From Octopus sinensis (lineage: Eukaryota), in assembly GCF_006345805.1 (NCBI RefSeq), contig NC_043001.1:56978001-57042000 (forward strand): a stretch of 64,000 nt of DNA, in the 5' to 3' direction. The notes under the pieces were generated by a model. The model was given only the letters and a program-made list of their open reading frames with translations. It was not told the DNA's origin and did not search any database. Both the position numbers and the translations under genes were made by a program. Within the stretch, counting starts at the first letter, position 1, and every line of letters starts with the position of its first letter. Shown here piece by piece: positions 13,822 through 30,980 of the stretch.

Positions 13822-14230
13822 CTGGAGTGGCTGTGTGGTACGTTCTTGCTTACCAACCACATGGTTCCGGGTTCAGTCCCACTGCGTAGCACCTTGGTCA
13901 AGTGTCTTCTACTATAGCCTCGGGACGACCAAAGCCTTGTGGGTGGATATGGTAGACGGAAACTGAAAGAGTCCCTTCGTATATATGTATATATATGTGT
14001 GTATGTGTGTGTATATGTTGGTGTGTCTGTGTCTGTTTCCCCAACATCGCTTGACAACCGATGCTGGTATGTTTACGTCCCCGTAACTTAGCGGTTCGGC
14101 AAAAGCGACTGATAGAATAAGTATTAAGCTTACAAAGAATAAGTCCTGGGGTCGATTTGCTCGACTAAAGGCGGTGCTCCAGCATGGCCGCAGTCAAATG
14201 ACTGACACAAATAAAAGAGTAAAAGAGTTA
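13822..14230 (+). mobile_element. tRNA-derived SINE, second family, with an internal microsatellite and a CR1-derived 3' tail
   Basis: Head GGAGTGGCTGTGTGG, B-box GGGTTCAGTCCC, core CACCTTGGTCAAGTGTCTT, internal (TA)(TG) tract at ~13980-14035, 3' stem-loop at 14170-14193 and AAAAGAGT tail. Confidence 0.85.
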
Positions 14231-14419
14231 TTTCGATTTTGGTATTATTCTGTTGTTGTTCTTTATAGATGCCTATTTGTTCATGTTTTTGTCATTATTC
14301 CTTGCCAATCTACTTCAAACATTTTACTTCATACGTTCATTTCTGTAGATAATTGCCACGTATTATCCTCAAAACACCACCACTAAATACATCATTGCAT
14401 TTTATCATTTCATTTCACA

Positions 14420-14432
14420 CATTTATATATAT

Positions 14433-14489
<57 letters not shown>

Positions 14490-14717
14490 CTTATATATAT
14501 ATATATATACACATACTTATATATATATATATACACATACTTATATATACACACACACATATATATATATATTGCGTGTGAGAGTATTCATACAAGGTAT
14601 AAATATCAAATTAAATTTGCTCACATATAATGCTCTCCTTGAAAATACAATTCTCTTCTCTCTCTCACTCTCTTCCCCTATACGTATGTATACGTTACAC
14701 ACACACACACACACATA

Positions 14718-14784
<67 letters not shown>

Positions 14785-14785
14785 G
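14420..14785. repeat. Compound (TA)n/(CA)n field
   Basis: Directly visible, including repeated ATATACACATACTTAT units. Confidence 0.95.
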
Positions 14786-15459
14786 CGTGCGCGCATGAAC
14801 ACATTCACACACACACAAAGACTCTTACAGACGCACACATAACTTGCACGTATGCTACTCTCACATGCGAGAGCCACAATCATTGCCGGAACAATTTAAA
14901 CTTAAATGAAATTCATATTGATATAACGTAACAGCAGGAGTTTGTAGCTGTGCGTGTTTCTCCTTCTCTCTGGCTGTCTTTATTTCTTAAGATTCCTTTA
15001 AGTATTCTCCGCTAAATTAAATAACACAAACCACATCTTCAATGGCCTACAATAAAATCTTTGAAGTCTATAACGTCTGACAATGTCTACTACATTCCGG
15101 TAACATTTTAAATTGGCTTCGACAGTGTAGGTCCCTTACCGTCAGCACTTATTTCTCACACGTTCTCTGTTCCACTCTAAATACCACCGACAGCCGGACT
15201 TCTCGGGTATTTCTAAGTGACTAATACAGTACACACTTTAAACTTTGTTTCAGACTCACTAAGACAAGACACGTTCTCGTTGCCATTCCAATGCAGTTTC
15301 AGATTACATTGCTTGTTAAACAGCGCTGAATACTCTGAAAGAATTTCGTTGTATAATGATGTCAAGCATAGTGTACTAATCTGATGAAGAAACTGGTCTT
15401 TGGATTTGAGTGGTTGCTAAATGAAATATGTGGTGGTAAATAATATAGATGTGTCTATA

Positions 15460-15471
15460 TATGTGTGTGTT

Positions 15472-15517
<46 letters not shown>

Positions 15518-15672
15518 TGTGTGCGTGTGGTGTATATGTGTACGTGTGTGTCGTGCATGTGTATATGTATGTTTGCGTACACGGTGGCAAGTATGTATAT
15601 CTATATGTATATATGTATCTTTTTCTCTCTATATATATGTATGTATATATATATATATATATTATATATATA

Positions 15673-15731
<59 letters not shown>
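15460..15731. repeat. (TG)n and (TA)n microsatellites flanking the hammerhead element
   Basis: Directly visible. Confidence 0.95.
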
Positions 15732-15734
<3 letters not shown>

Positions 15735-16777
15735 CAATTAAGGACAACTACTTAATAAGGAAAACTTAACAAGAAATTGTATGAGAAACCTCATAAGAGA
15801 AAAAATTTCGAAAATAATTATTTCTTATTGAACATATTAATTTATATATAGAGGGCATTATACATACATGCCAGAAGGCATTATACATAAATGCCACACG
15901 CTAAGAGGGACAATTAGTCATTTCTACCAAAAATATTACTAATCCCACCGAATGCAATTTTTCAAAGTAAGACATTTAAAAAAATAGACCTGTATCACAG
16001 TGATTTCATACTTACGTATTCATTTTACGAAATGCATTTCGGGAGAGGAAAAGTTTTTTCGGAATAAAAATTTAGCAATTAAGGACAACTACTTAATAAG
16101 GAAAACTTAACAAGAATTTGTCAGGTAGATAGCGTGAAAACCTCATAAGAGAAAAAAAAAAAAAAAGTCTTACTTTGAAAAATTGCATTCGGTGGGATTA
16201 GTAATATTTTTGGTAGAAATGACTAATTGTCCCTCTTAGCGAGTGGCATTTATGTATAATGCCTTCTGGCATGTATGTATAATGCCCTCTATATATAAAT
16301 TAATATGTTCAATAAGAAATAATTATTTTCGAAATTTTTTCTCTTATGAGGTTTTCACGCTATCTACCTGACAATTTCTTGTTAAGTTTTCCTTATTAAC
16401 TAGTTGTCCTTAATTGCTAAATTTTTATTCCGAAAAAACTTTTCCTCTCCCGAAATGCAATTCGTAAAAGTTTGCCATTTATCCGGATGTAATATATGTA
16501 AACTCACCCATGTGCTTCGTTGATGTTGATCAGTTAGCTGATCGGCTTAAGCGGGGCAGGGTCGTTGTTTATTTACAATACATTCAGGCCTGCTGATGAA
16601 TACGTAAGTATGAAATCACTGTGATACAGGTCTATTTTTTTAAATGTCTTACTTTGAAAAATTGCATTCGGTGGGATTAGTAATATTTTTGGTAGAAATG
16701 ACTAATTGTCCCTCTTAGCGTGTGGCATTTATGTATAATGCCTTCTGGCATGTATGTATAATGTCCTCTATATATAA

Positions 16778-16780
<3 letters not shown>
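15732..16780. mobile_element. Non-coding hammerhead-bearing repeat: 479-bp tandem unit (+) joined back-to-back to an internally deleted inverted copy (-); retrozyme or Penelope pLTR-like
   Basis: GTCTTACTTTGAAAAATTGCATTCGG starts at both 16167 and 16646 (period 479). 15732-16151 is the reverse complement of a permuted unit lacking ~130 nt. The arms meet at an A-run (16152-16166) and are near identical. Confidence 0.8.
16586..16633 (+). ncRNA. Type I hammerhead ribozyme with intact core
   Basis: Stem I AGGCCTG/CAGGTCT (7 bp, one G-U). CTGATGA at 16593-16599. Stem II ATAC-GTAA-GTAT. GAAA at 16612-16615. Near-palindromic stem III ATCAC-T-GTGAT. AUA triplet with predicted cut after 16626. Confidence 0.85.
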
Positions 16781-16809
<29 letters not shown>

Positions 16810-16815
<6 letters not shown>

Positions 16816-16945
16816 TTTATTTAAAGCAGCAGAAAATTCAACAAAACCTGTTACTCTGAGTTTCCCGTTGCCCTTCATGAACGGCAACGGGAAACTCAGA
16901 GTAACAGGTTTTGTTGAATTTTCTGCTGCTTTAAATAAAGCATAT
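16810..16945. repeat. 136-bp near-perfect palindrome (2 mismatched pairs) built from the 3' half of a second hammerhead/pLTR family
   Basis: 16815-16872 pairs perfectly with 16883-16940, with centre TTCA|TGAA. Each arm contains TGA-ACGGCAACGG-GAAA-CTC-A-GAG-TA-ACAGG. Confidence 0.9.
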
Positions 16946-16999
16946 TACTCTACCACTGGTATCTTTCCACCTTGTTTCACATTTATGTGTTTACTCCGG

Positions 17000-17086
<87 letters not shown>

Positions 17087-18336
17087 ATACACGCATTTGT
17101 ATATACCTGCATAGAAGCACACACAAACGCTCTCAGTCATATATGTACGTATGTGTGTGCGAGTGCGCCTGTGTACATAATTATACTAATACGTGTATAC
17201 AGATATGTTTATCAGGAAACACATATAGTTTCGATGTAGAAGATAAAAATAAAGAAAAATAAATGATACTCAAAAATTGTCTAGCCGACGGCAAAGAAGT
17301 CAAAGGAATTTCACCATCAAGATTAAGCATGCAATGTAATATTTCATTCCTGGACACCTCAGCTTTTTGCCATTACACTCATTAGCACTAAACACTGTCG
17401 CTTAAAACAGGAACTAAATCTCTCTGAATTCACTATTCACTTAGAGAAGAAAGTGTATTTAGTGCAATTTTGTCTGTGAGTGAATGGAAAAACAAATTAT
17501 CCGATGGATAGTTAAATTTAGCTAGAATGTGAACAAGGGACTTTGAGAAAACCAATGTATCTGTAAGTCTTCACTCAGTATGTATTTTTATATGTAATAT
17601 GTTGTGTAAAATTTAGATAGTCGCAGCTAGAAGATCTTTGGCTACGGACCAACTTGATTATGCCTTATATGGAATATAAGTTTTAGGAAATGTTTAGCTC
17701 AGTATACCAACTTTATACCTCTAAATATTGCAGCTGTGAACATCTTGCTTGTTTTTTCTTGTGTTATTTCAGTAAAAACTTGAATCACTTTCACCATAAT
17801 ATAGCTCCATTGTTAAAAGCGTTGGGTAAGTTTTGAAACAAATTTGGCTGATGTAGCAAATCCTCGCTGCTTGTTTGTTTCTTTAATTTAATTTTTCTTT
17901 TTTATTGATCCAAGTGAAATATGAACAAGGAAACTCATGATCAAGTATGTCAGTGCTTTTGAGAGAGATTGCTTCCTATGTTTTAGCTTGTCGAGCAAGT
18001 GCATAGAGTATTCTCCTTTGGTGGTCTGTCTATGACAAAGGCTGTGATTTGGTGCATCAAAAAATGTCTTTGTAGCAAATGATTTCATTGCACATCATAG
18101 ATAGAATATTCTAGAGTGAAATTAGCAGCAGCAGAGCTAGCACTCAAGCATTGACAGCAACAATATATATTTTGATAAAAACAAAAGAGATGTTTGATGT
18201 TTGCAGGAGTGTGCGTGCGTGTGCATGTTCGAATGTGCCTGTTTCTGATATTTAAACCTGTCTGTGAGATCTCTATTTCTATCTATTAATGCCTTTTAAT
18301 TCACATACATAAATGCATAAACACATATCCACACAA

Positions 18337-22710
<4,374 letters not shown>

Positions 22711-23004
22711 TTTATGTGACATAACAATTCTTGCGACCGTTTCCGCTTCCGATATCAGTCAGTGCCTACGAAAGAATTTCGAAAATAATATTCTTCATCC
22801 CCATAGGATATTCAAACTAGAACATGCAGCTTCATCAGAGTGAATACAAAAGCGTCCAAAAAATAAACAAAAGGAAAAGGGAATAGGAAAGAAAACATGG
22901 CCTAGAGAAGAAGCCTGGAGGCCTAATATATTAAAATCATACTTGACTGCCAGACTACCACCAAAAAACTCGATATGCTAGAAACAACAGGTAAATTTCA
23001 TTCA

Positions 23005-23404
23005 ACCAGGATTTTGTAGGACGTCCTCGTCTAGCTCTACAGATATTCTAGGCTGTAATTTCCGGCTCGGAATTTCTAGAACCACAGTTGAGACTGACCT
23101 ACTCTTTTTGTCCGTTCCCAATATTCAGTATTAATATGTTTCGTACTTTCCGTTGCTTTGTTGCCTTTCGTGAACTCATAAAGCAAAATATGCCGAATAT
23201 GCTCCTTTGTCACTTCCATTATAGCTTTGAAAAAATAATTGTTAAAACCGAACTGCACTCTTCAAGACTTGCAGTAAGAATAAGTACAAGGTATAATTAC
23301 TACCTGCTTTTATTACAAGTTGATACAAGTAGTTTATCCCATCCTCTTCCGGCTTTTAGTTCATGCAATTGAAAATATCGCGTTACTTATGGGATGATCT
23401 AATA
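23005..23404 (-). mobile_element. Mariner 5' fragment with terminal inverted repeat
   Basis: MEVTKEHIRHILLYEF..GNKATES HTH start. The TIR-like end TATTAGATCATCCCATAAGTAACGCG resembles the TIR at 44520-44546. Confidence 0.85.
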
Positions 23405-23976
23405 TATATAGATAGATGACAAGCAGCTTTCTTTATTATAGTACTGATGTGACTAATTCGGAGAAACATTACTTTTATTCTTCACACACCGTCACTCTCG
23501 TAATGCAACACTTTGTAATTTTGGTTCAAATTGAAAGTGTGAAGCTATTTTGAATTTCTGATGAAACACGGTCGTTGTAGAGCAGTCTTTTTTTTTCCCA
23601 GATAACTAATGCTGGTTGTTGAGATAACGTAGAAAATATCTAAATGAAAATTAATTTTATTTGGTAGCCGGAAAATTATTGAATTTTCTGATATCTATAC
23701 GGTAGAATCAGCAACTCAGTTTTCGAATGAATAAGGGACATACGCCCCACTCACAAACTTCTTTGATATATATAAACATACTTGGAAATGGATGCGTCGT
23801 GTTCAAATAAATAATAATATAAATAATACATATGTATATATATATATATATATTTTCGTCTCTCTATGTGTTCGACGTCTTTTTGGTGTCCTGTACACAT
23901 ATATGCGTGTATATGTACATGTAGAGGTAGGTACGTACATATATGTTTATATATATGCATATGTTCTATTTTATTA

Positions 23977-24040
<64 letters not shown>

Positions 24041-24879
24041 CCTGTACAAACGTATACGAGTACAATTTCAGTTGTCATACTTTGACAGTACAATAATTGG
24101 ACGGGATTGTATAGCGTATCGTGCACGAATCGGCAATGGTTCAGGATCAAATAACATAGTCACGCCAAGAAAATGCGAAAATAGCGAGAAAAATTACAAG
24201 AAGGAAACAAAGAAAAAACCAAAAAAAACATTAAGAAACATCTGAAGGGGAATAAATATGTTTATTAAAACTTCGTTATAGTTTTCTAACAACTTGAATG
24301 CAGAATACTTTTTGTCTATACTGTGCTTATTTCTAATGCGAACTAAGATAAGTGAGAGTAGTCAAATGGCTAATGGGCATTAAACTGTGTCTGATCGCGT
24401 GAAAGATATCTTCTATATCGATAGCAAAAAATGGTCAAGAAACATGCACCATGTAAAAATTTCTGATTCACATTTAAAAGGATATATGTAGTTTCAGCTG
24501 CATATAGTCAGCAATGTTTTGAACCGTTAATGTATGATTTGGATCAGTCTATGATTGATTTTCCATTTTAAAACTTGTAGTATACTGCCCTCCTTCAGTT
24601 TTTATATATGGTTGGTTATGATTTTATTTTTGTCTACGTGCTTGAAATATAATACTAGTTTACGTAACTGTTTTGCAGTCATTTTCACATTTTCTAACAT
24701 CCTCTGGTTTTCCGTTCCCTTATTTGGCGAAACAGATTTGACCTCACCTTCATAGACGACTGAGCTACCCAAGTATGTCTGTCCTTGTCGGCAACTCTCA
24801 GACTTCTGAATTCGCGTTTGTTGTAGACATCTTGGTCAGCGCCGTGAAATATTTTTTATTTTTGGACGTTACTAGTTTT

Positions 24880-25780
24880 TCTTTTATACGAAATCTCACC
24901 TTAGTCTCCATCACAAGCAATAAGCCCAACACGAGAATGCTCTAAAATTGTTCTTCTTTGGATTGAACAGTTGGATGTCGGATGTTTGAATCAGGGTTAT
25001 ACGGTGGATGGGAAGACCCACTAAACTGACCAAATTGCTGATGATTTTCCAATTGTTTGCATCGTTACAGGGAATGCAGATCATTTCAAATTCTTCCTCG
25101 GTTGTATCTTACCAATAGCTTTTCAAAGCTTTTGAGTATCATAATGTACATCCACTTTTTACAGTACATACATTTTCTAGAAAATCGAGGAGATTGACCT
25201 TACAATGTCTCCAAAGCAGTGACTATGATTTTCTGGGCTGATTGCTGTTGTTTTCAATTCTTTGGCGGTGAATAAGAGGTATAATAACACACCATGGATC
25301 GATCCATCGCTCTAGTAGCATCGAAATACATCCCCACGCTTAATTCCCGGTCACCAGATAAGCAAATCCTGCGCGCATTCAATAGATCTGAACATATTTT
25401 CACCATACTTTTTCTTCAAATCAGATGTCAACTGCTGTGTTAGACACTTTCAGATACCAAATTGTATCTTCAGTCACCTTCTGTAATTTCTTGCGTAGAC
25501 TAGTTGTGCAGCAAGTTCACTGACTTGATTCATCTGTCTGCTCGAATTATTACGTTCTCTTAGCGTTATGTCTTCTTTTAACTTCATCCACACTTCCACA
25601 TTATTTCGATTAGTAACATATCCGTAAACAGCCTGTAGCTTTCAGTGGATATAAAACACCCTCCAATACACGATTGTCAAGAATTCAATGATGACATTTT
25701 GCTTCTGCTTCAAACCCATTATTTGTCTGTGACACAGAATATGAGAGAAAAGTTTCTATAATGGAGATGTTACTATCCAG
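24880..25780 (-). mobile_element. Degenerate mariner transposase
   Basis: Minus-strand fragments KQKQNVIIEFL (N-terminus) and LPHPPYNPD (YSPDL motif). Many lesions. Confidence 0.7.
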
Positions 25781-25904
25781 CATATGGAATATGAAAGACA
25801 TATTTCAGTTAATAAATGTTATGTAATTTTGCATTATTTTCGGTACAGTCTTCATGTATATATATATATATGTATCCTATTATATGTATATATATATACA
25901 TATA

Positions 25905-28400
25905 TTTAAAAAATGACATCCTCTCAAACGGGCTCAAATTTACGCCAACTCCACGCAGAGCGAACCTAAATGAAATCAAGGATAATATAACAGAATTGTG
26001 CAGAAAATTAAGACTAGCAGAAGCATCAACCAGTTTCAATACTGAAGATGAATCACTAGTCAAGAACAAAAGTGAACACATCCCCAACAGAGGAAGAAAT
26101 AAAGATCTTGACGAGTTCTGCAGCCACATTGAGAACTTTCCCTACCATACTATACATAAACAGACAGTTAACTCAAATTTTAGCACTGCACATTGGAAAG
26201 AACTGATAGAACTTCAAAATGATGAAGATATAACCATTAAGGAAGCAGACAAAGGAAGTGCAGTTGCAATAATGGATACATCATACTATAGAAATCTTGT
26301 AATTTCCTTGCTTGATGACAATCAATATTATGAAAAAATCACCAACTACACCCCGCAAAAAATAATGAAAACTCTATCTTCACTAATTAAAACCCATGAA
26401 AAGGAACTAACAACCAAAGAGATTGACTTTCTAACAAACTTTAAATGCAAGCCTAGCCTCTTCTATGGTCTGCCAAAAATACATAAAAGCCAAATTATAA
26501 ATGAAACCATTAAAAATCACCAAAGACATACATACACACATCTAACCCGGGGGACCTAAAACTACGACCCATTGTAGCTGGCCCAACCTGTGAAACACAC
26601 AGATTAAGTCTATTTATGGACATCCTCCTGAAATCCTTCCTTAAACATATCGATAGTCATATCAGAGATGACTTGGATATGTTAAACCACCTTCCAAAAA
26701 AACTCAAGGAAGAAACAATCATGGTTTCATTTGATGTAGTTAATTTATATACCAGTATACCTCATAATTATGAACTAGAGGCAATACAGTTCTGGCTGGA
26801 CCAATTTCCGGAAGAAATACCAAAAAGGATCAGTAAAGAATTCAATACTAAATCGGTTGAATTCATCCTACATAATAACCGCTTCGTGTTTGACAATACA
26901 TTTTACCGTCAAAAATCCGGAATTGCTATGGGTACAAGGGCAGCACCAGTCATTGCGAACCTAACAATGGGCTACCTGGAAATAATTGTATACCAGGAAT
27001 CTTTATCGACCTTTGGAAACCCCCTCTCTCAATACATAAAAGAGAATTGGAAACGATTCCTGGACGATTGTTTTATACTCTGGAATGAAAACACAGATAA
27101 ACTCCTAAAATTCAAAAACCTATTGAACAGCATGAACCCAAATATACAGTTCACAATGGAATACAACCAAAAGGAGCTTCCATTCTTAGATATACTAATT
27201 AAAAAAATTAACCTTAAAATAGAAACAGACATTTTTTACAAAGCCACAGACGCTAAACAATACCTACTTTTTGATTCATGCCACCCAAGGCACACTAAAA
27301 CAAACATCCCTTTCAACCTTGCAAAAAGGATATGCACAATAGTGTCAGAACAAAATACCAGGAACTTTAGACTACAAGAACTCAAAAACACCCTAATTGA
27401 CAGACACTACCCTGCTCAACTCATAGAGGATGGGATCAGACGTGCAACAGAAATCGACATAGAAACTTTGAGAAAAGTTCAACACAACAACACACCTTCC
27501 CCGAAAATACTGCCTTACATATCCACATACAACCCTAGAAACAAAGAAGCCTTCACCATCATCACCCAGAATTTACCAATACTTCATAAGGACCCCAAAT
27601 TAAAGGAAATTCTAAACATACATAAAATCATTAAAAGCTACAAACAACCTAAATCACTTAAAAAGATTCTCACAAAGGCAAAATTATTTTCTGAAATTAC
27701 GGATGCAAAAGTTAAAAAATGTGGTAGACCAAACTGCGAAACATGCCCAAACCTTCTAGAAGAATCATAATTCCTCTTCAAAGAGGGACAAAAATTCAAG
27801 ATAAAATCTAATTTTACTTGTGCTTCTGAAAACATAATTTATGTCATAAGATGCTCGGGCTGCCACCAAAACTACGTGGGTTTCACGGGACTATCACTCA
27901 GACGTAGATGCACACTGCATCGACAACAGATTGCATTCCCAGAATACAGAATGATACCCTTTAGTGAGCATATTGAGAAATGCGCAAAGCAACCACTACC
28001 ACAATTTTTAATCTTTCCATTTTATCAATGTGCTATTGGAACACCAACACAAATTAGACTAAACAAGGAAACATTCTTCATTGAAAAATATAAGCCCAAA
28101 CTTAACCACTCTAACATTCTTATACAGAGAAACTCACCCTATTAAATAAAAGGGAAAAGAAATATAAAGCGATTATCTCCCTTACACCGGAAGAAATCAC
28201 TTATTACCTGCCCCTGCCTGGAACTCTTCTTTACTCTTCATAACGAAGACAACACGACGTTTTGAGAATTTGAAAAGTTAACACGAAACCGGTAATTTCT
28301 TTAAAAACTATGTCACTGTATGAAAAAATTCTATAACATTCTTCTGACATAATGACTCAAATATATATTTTAACCTTTTAAAACAAGCCTTCTGTAGTTT
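25905..28400 (+). mobile_element. Penelope-like retroelement (RT + GIY-YIG endonuclease, Cys-linker/Neptune-like), 5' truncated
   Basis: Motifs LSNGLKF, IKEADKGSAV, FYGLPKIHK, LRPIVAG, SFDVVNLYTSIP, GIAMGTRAAP, WKRFLDD, LPFLD, YLLFDSCHP, linker VKKCGRPNCETC and IYVIRCSGCHQNYVG. I saw one frameshift (~26530) and one in-frame TAA (27768-27770). Confidence 0.92.
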
Positions 28401-30462
28401 TTTCACTTTTTACTATTTTCCATATATATATTCACACACAGATTCGTGCACATACATATATACGCAAACATAACGTGTATATGCTTGCACACTCATACAC
28501 ACACATACATACGTATATTTGTACATATATATAATTATAATCATGTGTTTGTGTGTATGTATGTTTTTGTGTGTGTGTGTATGTGTGTGTGTGTGCACCC
28601 TCAGTAAATTATATAAATATATATAGCTGCAAACAAAATTACTATATCCTAAACCTATGTCAATTCTTATTTTCAATCCCACAAGGGACAACGATATAGT
28701 AGATCTTTCCAGTATCTAGAGAAGAAGTCCCAATGTAATGTTGAGGTTACCGCCATAATTCTCTTATGTGTCAGCAATTATATGACTCTAAATTGTACCT
28801 GTCAACCTCAAGGGAACAGTTATCATTATTGTAAGTATAAAATGCCACACATACCTACCTACCTACATGCATACATACGTACATACACGTACGTACTCAG
28901 ACGTATGTATATGTGTGTGCGTGTGGGTGTGCATTAATCTTAGCAACATATATATTTTTCGACATTTACTCTATATTCAATCAACGATATGAATTCGCTG
29001 TTTTATCAACAACTCTACATCTGTCATCAGCAACATAGTCCTAATATATCTCAGATACAGCTTTACTATCACGGAGTAGACGTTTTTATTATTTATCCTC
29101 TTGTTTATAAAATTTTTACCAAATAGAATTGATGTGATTTCAACTGCTGTTGAGACGATTGTCCTTAGTCATATTTAATTTTTGATCAACGTTTTACCAA
29201 ACACGATCATCATGTATTTTTGTACGTTAGAGAACACATTGTCCAATGAGTTCTTCCTTATTTAAGACGTTATAATTTGATATAAAGATTCTACCTGAAA
29301 TGAACCACTCATGTATTTTTCTACTGCATTGGCTGGTGGCTGTCATTAACCTTGTTATAATAGGTTTGTGAATCTGTTGAAATTATTTTTGCTTCCTAGA
29401 GCAGATTATATAGTATCTTAAACGGGTAAGTTACGAGTGGGTGCAAGATCTGATGTTTCTTACCGTTATATTGAATATCTCCGATCTCTCAAATTTGCAC
29501 TTAGATGTGTAGAGAATTTCTTGAAATAAGCTTAGACAAGTTCAGTTTTCAGAATAAAGGTAAAGCTTTTTCGAAGAATTCTATTATCAAGAAACTTCAG
29601 TTTTAGTCGAGGGGGATAGATACATTCGTTGATATTAAATTAAAAGAACACAACCCGGGAGGATAGAAGAATAAATTACGGAGAATATTTGGTTATTTCG
29701 TTACCAGGTTTGAAGAGAAATAGAAACCGCTATATCCCTACGTACACTTTCTAGTAATCCATTCATGAGTGATGTAGTGAACGCTGTTTCACCAATTTTC
29801 AAATTTCAAAGAGAGTCACCTGCTGTGGAAATATCAAAATTGCACCACAACCTGGGCATTCAGATGATCTAGAAATTCCCCTCTAAATATGAATCCTGGA
29901 AAAAAGTTCACGAAAGGAAATGCCCTAGGATGGAGACATAATTGTCACGTCACAACTCACTATACATCTCAACATACTGTTGTGAACTGATGTGCTCTGC
30001 AATGATGGTTGCGAAAGATTGGATGACGCAATCTTTACAAAAAGATTCGTTCAGCCTTCGCAGAATATTGTCCAGATTCTCAGAGACTGACGATCAAGAT
30101 AAGGTACAACAAAACATATACTAACAGTGTATAGTTAGTTGTTTTACTAGCTTGATAAATGTAGTCTTGTCTATTCATCATTGAATATGATACAGCAGAC
30201 TGAGTTAATAACGTAAGATAGTATCTGCTTAAAATATATCTGCAATTTTTTTGTTGCTTTCTCCCATGTTTTCATAAGACATTTATTCAGAGAATAAATA
30301 TTAAAATATCTCAGTTGTTTTCTTCTTTAGCTTTATTTTTAGCAGTCTAATTTTATGTTACCGAAATGAAAATTTTGCATCTTTTTTGTTTGATATTTCC
30401 GTAGTTCATTCTTCCGCATTAAATACATTGGATAACGTTAAAAAGAGTCAACAAAGTTCATA

Positions 30463-30493
<31 letters not shown>

Positions 30494-30589
30494 AGTCTGA
30501 CTATTTATCTAAAGGTCTGGCTGTCCATCTGTTTGTCTATCTATCTCTTCATTATTTTATTCATTTCTCTCCTGCTCTCTTTCTGTGTT

Positions 30590-30980
<391 letters not shown>

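Noticed and set aside
15381-15398. CTGATGA-A-GAAAC-TG-GTC minimal core
   Set aside because: No stem II and no stem I complementarity.
28225-28300. Hammerhead in the Penelope 3' UTR
   Set aside because: Only GAAACCGGTA is intact. I could not place CUGANGA or stems I and II, so it is not called as a feature.
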